This document shows positions 1 to 7,706 of a stretch of 25,504 nt of DNA, in pieces. Numbering within the stretch: position 1 is the first letter of the stretch; each line of letters begins with the position of its first letter. The stretch lies in NCBI GenBank assembly GCA_044369345.1, contig JBIPMC010000001.1, positions 1 to 25,504 of the forward strand, written 5' to 3'. Source of the stretch: Terrimicrobiaceae bacterium (lineage in GTDB: Bacteria > Verrucomicrobiota > Verrucomicrobiia > Chthoniobacterales > Terrimicrobiaceae). The position numbers and the translations under genes are program-made. Under the pieces are notes generated by a model. The model saw only the letters and a list, made by a program, of their open reading frames with translations, was not told where the DNA came from and did no database searches.

Positions 1-1008
1 GCCGCCCTAGGTAGCCCGGATGTCTTGATTAACACGCTGCAAGCTCTCCAAGGGGTAGATGTTAACAACCCGCAAGCCATGGCAGACGCAACGCTCTCCT
101 TGCTTACTGGGGATGCCGCGCAAATCCAGCAAATTTCAAATATTGTTTCGGCTCTTATTATTACGCGTGCTGAACCTTTCGTGGCTCAGAGAGTTGCTAT
201 AGAAGTCGTTTCAGCCCTCCTCACCCAATCGCCTAATCTGGCTCCGAGTGTCGTTGGTGGTGTTGTAGCCACTACAACCATGGCCGCTAAAAACGGCATA
301 GCTCGATTAGCGTTCTCACAAATCTTAACCCGAGCCGCTGTAGTCTCCGCCGCCACCTCTGCTCCAGGTCAAGTCGCTGCCCTCACGGCATCCGGCGTGA
401 GTGTCGCAACCACCCGTGGAACGGAAACCATCGCCCCCGCAATCGCCAGTGCCGTCGTCGGAGCTGCCATTACTTCCTTGCCAACACAAGCCGGCCTGAT
501 CGCCGCTTGGGCCATCAATTCGGCCGCTAGATCAAATGCTAAACCGGCTGTTGTTGAGGTAGTTATATCGGCAATAGCCACTTCTGTGCTAGTGAACGCC
601 GCCTACGCCGAGATATCAAACGGTGCTGACCAGAAAACCGCCGAACGAGCCGCCGCCGAGGTTGCTGAAGCCATTCGCAAAAACTCAGCCAACACACCGT
701 TCTCCGGGGTCATCGAGTTCGCTACCGACGCCTCCATGATCCAAGAATCTATCAACCAGGCTATAATGCACTACGAGCGAGGGGAGGCGCCCAACACGGA
801 TGGAAGCACAGGAATACCGGGTGGCGCCAAATCCTTGGGCGACACCACATACAAATCCAAAGTCGAGATTCCTCTCCCTGGCCAGCCAAACGAATCCAAA
901 GAAACGCCGAAGGTAACAACAGGCGGTAATTCTACTACTAAATCAAAGAAGGTCATCGTGCAGGCGACGCCAACGCCAACGCCAACGCCGCACCCAAGCA
1001 ATCGTTAA
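1..1008 (+). CDS. Ala/Thr/Val-rich putative helical-repeat protein with low-complexity Pro/Thr tail; 5'-partial
   Basis: Frame 1 is open from base 1 (AALGSPDVLIN...), so the true start is probably upstream of the window. Recurrent P-x-x-A-x-x-I/V segments (SPNLAPSVV, APGQVAALT, LPTQAGLIA). Ends ...ATPTPTPTPHPSNR*. No catalytic motif recognised. Confidence 0.7.
   Translation, partial: AALGSPDVLINTLQALQGVDVNNPQAMADATLSLLTGDAAQIQQISNIVSALIITRAEPFVAQRVAIEVVSALLTQSPNLAPSVVGGVVATTTMAAKNGIARLAFSQILTRAAVVSAATSAPGQVAALTASGVSVATTRGTETIAPAIASAVVGAAITSLPTQAGLIAAWAINSAARSNAKPAVVEVVISAIATSVLVNAAYAEISNGADQKTAERAAAEVAEAIRKNSANTPFSGVIEFATDASMIQESINQAIMHYERGEAPNTDGSTGIPGGAKSLGDTTYKSKVEIPLPGQPNESKETPKVTTGGNSTTKSKKVIVQATPTPTPTPHPSNR
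967..990 (+). repeat. Coding hexamer tandem repeat (ACGCCA)x3 + ACGCCG, encoding TPTPTPTP
   Basis: Read directly at 967-990. Confidence 0.9.
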
Positions 1009-1026
1009 TTCTTGGCTTTGTATGTC

Positions 1027-2283
1027 TTAATTCTTTTTTGAAAATAGGCTGCTGGCAGTAATGCCAACGGCTACAAGCCACATCAGATTTTTGACTGAGT
1101 TAATCCAAAATAACGAATTTTCCAAAGGGTTCTTTGAGAAGCATTTTATGAAATCGGAGTAGTTTAGCGGATACACGATTTGGCCGATCAAGAGGCTTGA
1201 GAGGAGCAAGAGTAACACGACAGCCCATATCTTTTTCGAAAGCCATCCAGCCGGAGCAAAGGGCAACAGCGAAAGCGCCCACCAAGTATATTGCGGAGCC
1301 ATGAGCTTACCGAAGCCAACGAAGACTCCCAAGAGCACAAAAAGATCGCCGGCATTCGGATCCATCTGGACATGTTGTTTTCGGAGAATCAGAAAAATGA
1401 CCCCCAATGCGATTGGAAACCACATCCAGGTTATGGCGTTTGTGGCGAAAAGTCCCAAGTCCGAATCAAAGCCGTGGATACCGTTTCGCGGTGCCATTCT
1501 GAGAGGGATATCCAGGAAATCTTGGAGTAACGGAACGAGGCTCCCCAAGAATCCATCAATGCCGAACGGCTTGTTAATGTGGAACTGGATCGCTGTCATC
1601 AACTCCTGGCTTTGGGCACCGAATATCAACAACGAAAAAGTCATCCCGAAAAGTCCCAAGGCCCACGCAAACATCGAGCTGATGCTTTTCCGGATTTTTC
1701 CAGAAAACCAAGCGCCAACGAGCAGGAGCGGAGCAAGAAGAACGGGGTAAATTTTGGTGGCCATGGCCAATCCCATGAAAAATCCGCAGGTGTTGAAATG
1801 GCCTCGTCGCCAGAAAAGCCATCCCGTTAAAACAAGGAGCGAAACCAAAAGTTCAAATCGATACAGAAGAATGGGGCCGGTCGCCGCAGCCAAAATCATC
1901 ATCACCCACGGCGTGTGTTTTTCGCCAAAAACGGCGGCGAGAAGAATGTGCAAGCAGAGTAAAATGGAATTCGCGGTTAGGAGGGCGTGGCGGAAGTCGT
2001 CGAATTTGCGCGGGTCATCCAAACCGCAAGCGGTCGCGACAAAAAACCACAGAGCGCCGGGTTGATATTCATTGTGCCCTGCATGAGCCCACGAGGAATG
2101 CTCCAAAAAAAAGACCGCGCGGGTTTGGAAGACAACCGGGTCGATTTGCAAATGCCCCAACCATCGTGGGTCGGAAGCCCTTGTCCATAGCAGCAAAACC
2201 AGAGCTGCGGTTGAGAAGATCACGGCAATCCAAAAAAGGTCGCGATCCCGGGAAAAGGATGCTGGCTGTCTGGTTTCAAGCAT
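1027..2283 (-). CDS. Glycosyltransferase family 87 / DUF2029-like GT-C multi-pass membrane protein
   Basis: 418 aa, mostly hydrophobic segments. EYQPGA loop motif and RFELL...GFFMGLAMATKIYPVLL resemble the GT87 EYPP and R-[FY]-D...KxYP signatures. Confidence 0.72.
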   Translation of the reverse strand: MLETRQPASFSRDRDLFWIAVIFSTAALVLLLWTRASDPRWLGHLQIDPVVFQTRAVFFLEHSSWAHAGHNEYQPGALWFFVATACGLDDPRKFDDFRHALLTANSILLCLHILLAAVFGEKHTPWVMMILAAATGPILLYRFELLVSLLVLTGWLFWRRGHFNTCGFFMGLAMATKIYPVLLAPLLLVGAWFSGKIRKSISSMFAWALGLFGMTFSLLIFGAQSQELMTAIQFHINKPFGIDGFLGSLVPLLQDFLDIPLRMAPRNGIHGFDSDLGLFATNAITWMWFPIALGVIFLILRKQHVQMDPNAGDLFVLLGVFVGFGKLMAPQYTWWALSLLPFAPAGWLSKKIWAVVLLLLLSSLLIGQIVYPLNYSDFIKCFSKNPLENSLFWINSVKNLMWLVAVGITASSLFSKKN

Positions 2284-2350
2284 TTAGATGTCGGAGAGGT
2301 AAAGTCAAACAGGTGCTAACTCACAAGAACCGAAAATGGTGCAACTCGAT

Positions 2351-2400
2351 CCCGCTGCGTGGTCGAGCGAGAGTTCATTCTCGCTAGACCACGCAGCGGG
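2351..2400. repeat. 50-nt near-perfect inverted repeat (hairpin/cruciform)
   Basis: CCCGCTGCGTGGTC (2351-2364) pairs perfectly with GACCACGCAGCGGG (2387-2400). After one mismatch, AGCGAGAG (2366-2373) pairs with TTCTCGCT (2378-2385), with one G.U pair. Loop is TTCA. Confidence 0.9.
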
Positions 2401-3332
2401 GACGGTGCTTTTGGTGCCGCGGGTGGTTTTTGGAGATATCGAGGCCCGGTCTATGCTTTTCAAACAGCTGTCGGTTTGTCGGGGCCGCAGGGTGCGTTTG
2501 GGGTGTCATCACTGATTCTATGGTCGCTCATTCTCATGGTGGCGGTGGAATATGTGTTGCTGGCAGTGACGGGGGCCGAGGCGCTGTATGCGGATCTGGG
2601 GCATTGCGGTCTGGGGGGGGGCATGCGGTCTTGGCGGGCCCGTGTTTGCCGCCGGCGTTGTTATGCCCCGATTTGCCGCTCCAGGGCGCGTGCCTGACGA
2701 AACTGGCGGACGGGGGCCTAGCCCCCCTGCTGATCGCTGCCGGGACAGGGGTGATGATGCTCACTTGGCGGAAAGAAGACAGAATTTGTTGCTGAGTTCG
2801 GTGGACAAGCGGGGCCTCACTGGCGTGGTTGGAGCAAGCCGTGGGAGATTTTGAAACAAGGCGGATTCAGGGCTCGCAGGTTTTTGTCTTGAGGCAATCG
2901 GGTTCGGATTATGCGGCGGCGCGAGTGCTCGAGCAATACCGCCGAATGAATGTCCTCTCAGAGAACATCGCGATCCTTTTGCAGAAATCCGCGTGGGGGA
3001 AACCTTTCGCGGAGGCCGACAATATCGTGGCAAGGCGATTGGCTGGTGGGTTGTTTGTCATCGCGACGGACCACGGCTACATGCGCAAGCCGGGTGTGCC
3101 GTGGATCCTGCGGCACGCGATCAGCAAGGGCGGGTTGGATCTCAAGGAGAGCCGGATTTTCTGCATCCTCGCGAAGGAGTTGATCGTGACTTGTCCGAGG
3201 AGATTGATGCGGCGTTGGGAGAGGGTGCTCTTAGGATTCCTCGCGCGTAATACGCTTCCCGGGCCGGACTGCCTCGCAATCCCGACGGAGCGGCTGGTTG
3301 TTTACAATTGGATGCTGCGACTCAAGGGGTGA
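2401..3332 (+). pseudogene. kup: Degraded KUP/HAK/KT potassium transporter with frameshifts and large internal deletions
   Basis: Kup motifs appear in order but in different frames: VVFGDI (2423-2440) and GPVYAF; SLILWSLILMVAVEYV; AVTGAEALYADLGH; PALL...QGA; KLADGGLAPLLI...MMLTWRK; then the C-terminal domain ...LGFLARN...IPTERLV. Total is about 0.93 kb versus about 1.9 kb for a full-length Kup. Confidence 0.8.
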
Positions 3333-3388
3333 TTCGAAGCATGGGAATGGCTTGTGGCGTGCGAGGGGTAGGGTAGATTTCGCGGCGA

Positions 3389-4573
3389 ATGGGCAAGCGC
3401 GTTTTGATTTTGTCGGCCTCGGTCGGCTCGGGGCATGTGAAGGCCGCCGATGCCTTGGCCTGCGCGATGCGCGAGCGGCACGATGTGGAGGAGGTGCTGT
3501 GCGACGATTCGCTCGACCACACGAATGTCCTCCACAAGCAGTTCTACTCGACGCTCTACAAAAAACTCTCCGAGATGCTGCCGGAATTTCTCGGCTGGTG
3601 GTATGAGAGGAGTGACGATCCATGGGTGGCCGATAAAAGCCGTCTCGCGATCGATCTCCCACAGGCGCTGCCTTTGATGAGTCTGGTGAAGGATTTCCGC
3701 CCCGATGTGATTCTTTGCACCCACTTCATGCCGGCAGGGGTGATCTCTTGGCTCATTTCGAATGGAAAACTCGACGCGCGCCTCGGCGTGGTCGTGACGG
3801 ATTTTCACTTCCATGCGTTTTGGATCACGCGGGCGTTCCACTGGTATTTCGTGGCGCAGGAGGATGACAAAATTCACATGGAGGCGCTCGGCCTGCCGTC
3901 GGATCGGATCAAAATCACCGGCATTCCCGTGGCGCCGGATTTTGCGAAATCCGTGGATGTGGATGCGGTCTTGCTGCGGCATGGATTGCAGCCGGGGCGG
4001 CCGACATTTTTGGTGGTGGGAGGCGCGCTGGGATTGAGTCCTGCGACGGCGGTGGTCCGCCAGCTTTTGAACCTCGATCGCGATTTTCAAGCGGTGATTG
4101 TTTGCGGACGCAACAAGAATATGCAGGACGACATTGTGCAACTCGTCAAATCCCGCCCGGGCGATTTTTGCGTGCTGGGTTTCACCAAAGAAATGCCCGA
4201 ACTCATGGCGGCCTCGACGATGATTCTCAGCAAGCCCGGCGGAATGACCACAGCCGAGGCATTGGCTCGCGGGCTGCCGATGATGATTCTCGATCCGATT
4301 GGTGGGCAGGAGGAGCGGAATGCCGATGTGCTCCTCGAGGTCGGCGCGGCGGTGAAATGCACGGAGGTGACGCTCGTGGCCCACAAGCTCCGCCGCTTGC
4401 TGGACAACCCGGCGCGTCTGGAGCAGATGCGCCAAGCGGCACGGTCTCTCGGTCGCCCGAATGCGGCCTCGGAAATCGCCCAGATTACCCTCGAAGAGCC
4501 GGACAAGCGGCCTGTGATTATTTCCAAGCTTCGCGAAAAAGCCCTCCGCAAGCGCATCGCCGAGGGATCGTAG
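3389..4573 (+). CDS. GT28-type diacylglycerol glycosyltransferase (MGDG synthase / UgtP-YpfP-like)
   Basis: N-terminal ILSASVGSGHVKAA, plus VILCTHF, VVTDF..H..W, ITGIPV, VIVCGRN, and the C-terminal KPGGMTTAEALARGLPM...PIGGQEERNA motif. Confidence 0.87.
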   Translation: MGKRVLILSASVGSGHVKAADALACAMRERHDVEEVLCDDSLDHTNVLHKQFYSTLYKKLSEMLPEFLGWWYERSDDPWVADKSRLAIDLPQALPLMSLVKDFRPDVILCTHFMPAGVISWLISNGKLDARLGVVVTDFHFHAFWITRAFHWYFVAQEDDKIHMEALGLPSDRIKITGIPVAPDFAKSVDVDAVLLRHGLQPGRPTFLVVGGALGLSPATAVVRQLLNLDRDFQAVIVCGRNKNMQDDIVQLVKSRPGDFCVLGFTKEMPELMAASTMILSKPGGMTTAEALARGLPMMILDPIGGQEERNADVLLEVGAAVKCTEVTLVAHKLRRLLDNPARLEQMRQAARSLGRPNAASEIAQITLEEPDKRPVIISKLREKALRKRIAEGS

Positions 4574-4575
4574 GG

Positions 4576-6105
4576 ATGCAGAACGCGCGTGAAAAATTTC
4601 TCATCGGAGTCGCCACCTCGGGCTACCAAAGCGAGGGCGGCTATAACGGGCCCGGCGATCCGAAAAACAACTGGGGTGCCTGCGAGGCCTCCGGGCGGGT
4701 TCAAAAAACCGGAGCTGCTGTGGATTTCTGGAACCGCTATCGGGGTGATTATCAGCTCGCGCGTGGACTTGGGATGAACGCCTTCCGGCTCGGCCTCGAG
4801 TGGGCGCGCATCCAGCCTTCGACCTCCACCTCGCGTGGAGCTGCGCCGGAGTTCGACAACGAGGCGATCGCCGCCTATGCGCTCCGCATCGCCGCCTGCC
4901 GGGAGGAGGGGTTGGAGCCCGTGGTGACGCTCCAGCATTTCACACATCCCGCTTGGTTGGGCATCGATGCGTGGCTGATGGACGAAACCGTCGATCTTTT
5001 CGAAATCTTCGCCCGCCACGCGATCACCCGGCTGAACGACCGTCTGGCCGATGTCCACGGCCAGCCGCCGCTGCGGTGGTATATCACGATCAACGAGCCA
5101 AACATGCTCGTGCTAAATACCTATCTGAACCGCTGTTTCCCGGGCGGGCCGGATGTCGGCGTGGCAATCGGCTTGCGGGCCTACAACCGCCTGCTCGCGG
5201 CGCATGTGCGGGCCTACAACGCCGTCCACGACCTCTACGAATCGCGCGGCTGGGCGAGGCCGCTCGTCTCAATGAACACCTTTTGTAGTGATGTTTATTG
5301 GTCGGATGTGATGTTGCTCGACCTGCTGTGCCTCCGGAAAACGGGCGTGAAGCCCCCGGAGGTCGGCGGATACTTCAAAGCCCGCGCCGAGGATTTGTCG
5401 ATCCACTTCGCCGCTGCCGCCCTGCGACGCCGCACCGACCTTGCTGCGCTCGCCGGAGCCAGCCTTCACGGCATTGCGAATTTCCTGGCCTCACGCGCCG
5501 CGACGGAGCAAGGCTGCGGCTTTTTTTTGAAGGAGCTGGAACGCGCCAAGCGCGACAGCACGCTCGATTATCTCGGCGTGGATTACTACGACCCATTCCT
5601 CAGCCACGCGCTGCGGATGCCGGATTTTTCGGACCTCGAATTTAAAAGCCGTAGCCTTTCCGCGCATCTGTTCGATGTGCTCACCAGCAAGTGGTGGGAC
5701 TGGCATTTCCTGCCAGAGGGGATGTCGGCGTTTTGCTCGTATTACGCCAAAGCCTTTCCCGGCCTTGGAATCCTGATCGCTGAAAATGGCATGTCGCAGC
5801 GCTGCAGCCGCGATAACGCTGTCGTCGCCCGACGCCCCGATGGGCTCACGCGCAGTGATTATCTCGTGGCGCATTTGCGCGAAGTGAGGGGAATGCTCGA
5901 CCGGGGGGTGGCGCTGCTCGGCTATATGCACTGGTCGCTCACCGACAACTACGAGTGGGGCTCGTTCACGCCGCGCTTTGGGCTTTACCGGATCGACTTC
6001 GCGCGCGGCTTGGAGCGGCTTGCCGTGGATCACCTCGGCGACAATCCCTCGCAAACTTTCGCGCGGCTCGTGCGGGAGCTCGGTCTCGGTGGCACGGGAA
6101 GTTGA
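4576..6105 (+). CDS. Glycoside hydrolase family 1 (beta-glycosidase / possible transglycosylase), 509 aa
   Basis: GVATSGYQSEG, FRLGLEWARIQP, TLQHFTHP, acid/base TINEP (5092-5100), nucleophile IAENG (5782-5790), WSLTDNYEW..FTPRFGL. Start moved to ATG 4576, 2 nt after the GT28 stop. Confidence 0.9.
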   Translation: MQNAREKFLIGVATSGYQSEGGYNGPGDPKNNWGACEASGRVQKTGAAVDFWNRYRGDYQLARGLGMNAFRLGLEWARIQPSTSTSRGAAPEFDNEAIAAYALRIAACREEGLEPVVTLQHFTHPAWLGIDAWLMDETVDLFEIFARHAITRLNDRLADVHGQPPLRWYITINEPNMLVLNTYLNRCFPGGPDVGVAIGLRAYNRLLAAHVRAYNAVHDLYESRGWARPLVSMNTFCSDVYWSDVMLLDLLCLRKTGVKPPEVGGYFKARAEDLSIHFAAAALRRRTDLAALAGASLHGIANFLASRAATEQGCGFFLKELERAKRDSTLDYLGVDYYDPFLSHALRMPDFSDLEFKSRSLSAHLFDVLTSKWWDWHFLPEGMSAFCSYYAKAFPGLGILIAENGMSQRCSRDNAVVARRPDGLTRSDYLVAHLREVRGMLDRGVALLGYMHWSLTDNYEWGSFTPRFGLYRIDFARGLERLAVDHLGDNPSQTFARLVRELGLGGTGS

Positions 6106-6106
6106 A

Positions 6107-6157
6107 TTGACAGGCTGATGCAGAGGGAGAAAATTGCAAATTGCGTTTCCGCAATTT
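6107..6157 (+). promoter_or_regulatory. Candidate sigma70 promoter of lipA with adjacent 8-bp inverted repeat (operator, or terminator of the upstream operon)
   Basis: TTGACA (6107-6112), 17 nt, AAAATT (6130-6135). AAATTGCG-tttc-CGCAATTT (6138-6157) is followed by a T run. Confidence 0.35.
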
Positions 6158-6164
6158 TTTTCGA

Positions 6165-7052
6165 ATGGCCACCATCAAAATCGACCCCACGCTCCACCAA
6201 GCCAAGAAGCCCGATTGGATCAAGGTCCGGTTGCCCTCGAATCCGGTGTTCTTTTCAACCAAGGGACTGATCTCCGATCTGCGCCTTCACACGGTGTGCG
6301 AAAGCGCGCAGTGCCCGAACCGCTGGGAGTGCTGGAGCGGTGGCACAGCGACCTTCATGATCGCAGGCGACCGCTGCACCCGTGCCTGCGGGTTTTGCGC
6401 GGTGGATACGGCAAAACCCTTGCCGCTCGAGCAGGATGAACCCCAGCGGGTGGCCGAGGGCGTAAAGCGTCTGGGCCTCAAACATGTCGTCATTACCGCA
6501 GTGGCCCGTGACGATCTCGCCGATGGCGGGGCGGATCATTTTGGACAAACGATCGAAGCTATCCGTGCACTTGATCCCAAAATTGTGATCGAAGTTTTGG
6601 TTCCCGACTTCAACGGCAAGGACGCTCCGCTCCAGCGCGTGCTCGAAGCCGGCCCCGATGTTTTCAACCACAACCTCGAAACCGTCGAGCGCCTCACCCC
6701 GCTCGTTCGCTCCCGCGCCAAATACCGCCTCTCGCTTGATTTTCTCAAGCGCGCAGGCGAGCTGCGGCCTGACATCATGACGAAAAGCGGGCTCATGCTG
6801 GGCCTTGGCGAGACGGAGATCGAACTCTTCCAGGCGATGGATGACCTGCGCGAGTCCGGCGTAAAAGTGCTTACACTTGGCCAATACCTGCGCCCCACAC
6901 CGAACCACCTGCCGGTGGTGGAATATATCAACCCAGAGACCTTCGAACTTTACGGTGCCATCGCGCGCAAGAAGGGCTTCGAGTTCGTAGCCAGCGGCCC
7001 GCTCGTGCGCAGTTCCTACCACGCGGCCGACTTCAACCCGGTCCAGCGTTGA
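6165..7052 (+). CDS. lipA: Lipoyl synthase
   Basis: CESAQCPNRWEC (CX4CX5C), CTRACGFC (radical SAM CX3CX2C) and C-terminal RSSY. ATG at 6165 preferred over TTG at 6141. Confidence 0.97.
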   Translation: MATIKIDPTLHQAKKPDWIKVRLPSNPVFFSTKGLISDLRLHTVCESAQCPNRWECWSGGTATFMIAGDRCTRACGFCAVDTAKPLPLEQDEPQRVAEGVKRLGLKHVVITAVARDDLADGGADHFGQTIEAIRALDPKIVIEVLVPDFNGKDAPLQRVLEAGPDVFNHNLETVERLTPLVRSRAKYRLSLDFLKRAGELRPDIMTKSGLMLGLGETEIELFQAMDDLRESGVKVLTLGQYLRPTPNHLPVVEYINPETFELYGAIARKKGFEFVASGPLVRSSYHAADFNPVQR

Positions 7053-7483
7053 CCTGGAAAGTCCTCGCCGCCGGCAAGCCTGCGCTGGATTTTGCCCGCC
7101 TCGGCATCGAGGAATATTCTCGGAGGCTTGGGGGATGCTCGAAATTTGAAATTCATTTCGTCAAAACCGGCCCCCGTTTCGCGGAGCGGATGGGCGAACT
7201 CGCCAAGGGCTGCTATCGAATCCTGCTTGATGAGCGCGGCAGGCAATTTTCCAGCCGGGCCTTCGCCTCGGAAATCCAAAATCTCCAGAACCGCAGCATC
7301 TCGCGGTGTGCGTTGATGGTCGGCGCCTCGGACGGGTGGGATGCCGCCGCCCGTGCCGGAGCCGATATGCTTTGGTCCCTCGGCCCACAAACCCTCCAGC
7401 ATGAACTCGCCTTGCTGGTCGCCCTCGAGCAACTCTACCGCGCCGAATCGATCCTTGCCGGTTCGCCCTACCATCGGGATTGA
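7049..7483 (+). CDS. rlmH: 23S rRNA (pseudouridine1915-N3)-methyltransferase, SPOUT family
   Basis: LDERGRQFSS, LMVGASDG and HELALLVALEQLYRA...GSPYHR. TTGA overlap with the lipA stop. Confidence 0.9.
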   Translation: MTWKVLAAGKPALDFARLGIEEYSRRLGGCSKFEIHFVKTGPRFAERMGELAKGCYRILLDERGRQFSSRAFASEIQNLQNRSISRCALMVGASDGWDAAARAGADMLWSLGPQTLQHELALLVALEQLYRAESILAGSPYHRD

Positions 7484-7494
7484 GGCTTTTGTTT

Positions 7495-7672
7495 TGACGC
7501 CAATCGATGGCTCGCTTCTGAAACTAGGCTCTGACCATCACCCACTGAGGGCAGCCACTTAGCTATAATCACAGCCATCAAAGCCGGTGCCACGGCCTAT
7601 ATGACAAAGACATTTATCAAAAAGACCTCCAAAGCCCGAATGCTCAAATGCCTCGGCTTGGGCTTTGAGTAA
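7495..7672 (+). pseudogene. Remnant of a CheY-like receiver-domain gene (C-terminal half; absent from the ORF track)
   Basis: 7544-7672 reads TEGSHLAIITAIKAGATAYMTKTFIKKTSKARMLKCLGLGFE*, matching receiver beta4-alpha4-beta5-alpha5 (T-E...AIxAGAxxYxxKPF). It is preceded by in-frame TGA 7532. An upstream PIDGSLLKL in another frame resembles MPxxDGxxLLK. Confidence 0.5.
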
Positions 7673-7706
7673 CTGTGCCAAGCGCACAAACGCCGCCATT
7701 GGTTTT

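Noticed and set aside
2284-2400. c-di-AMP (ydaO) or other riboswitch upstream of kup
   Set aside because: Only short fragments (GCTAACTC, GGTGCAACTC) resemble riboswitch motifs; the conserved cores of the c-di-AMP, SAM-I, cobalamin and glycine families could not be assembled.
2351-2400. tRNA or tRNA fragment (GTGGTCGAGCG, GAGAGTTCA)
   Set aside because: The sequence folds as one long stem with no cloverleaf, anticodon arm or CCA end.
3302-4435. 377-aa minus-strand ORF
   Set aside because: Antisense shadow of the GT28 gene with no recognisable motifs; expected in GC-rich DNA.
4102-4575. 158-codon N-terminal extension of the GH1 ORF
   Set aside because: It overlaps the GT28 gene in another frame; GH1 similarity starts right after ATG 4576.
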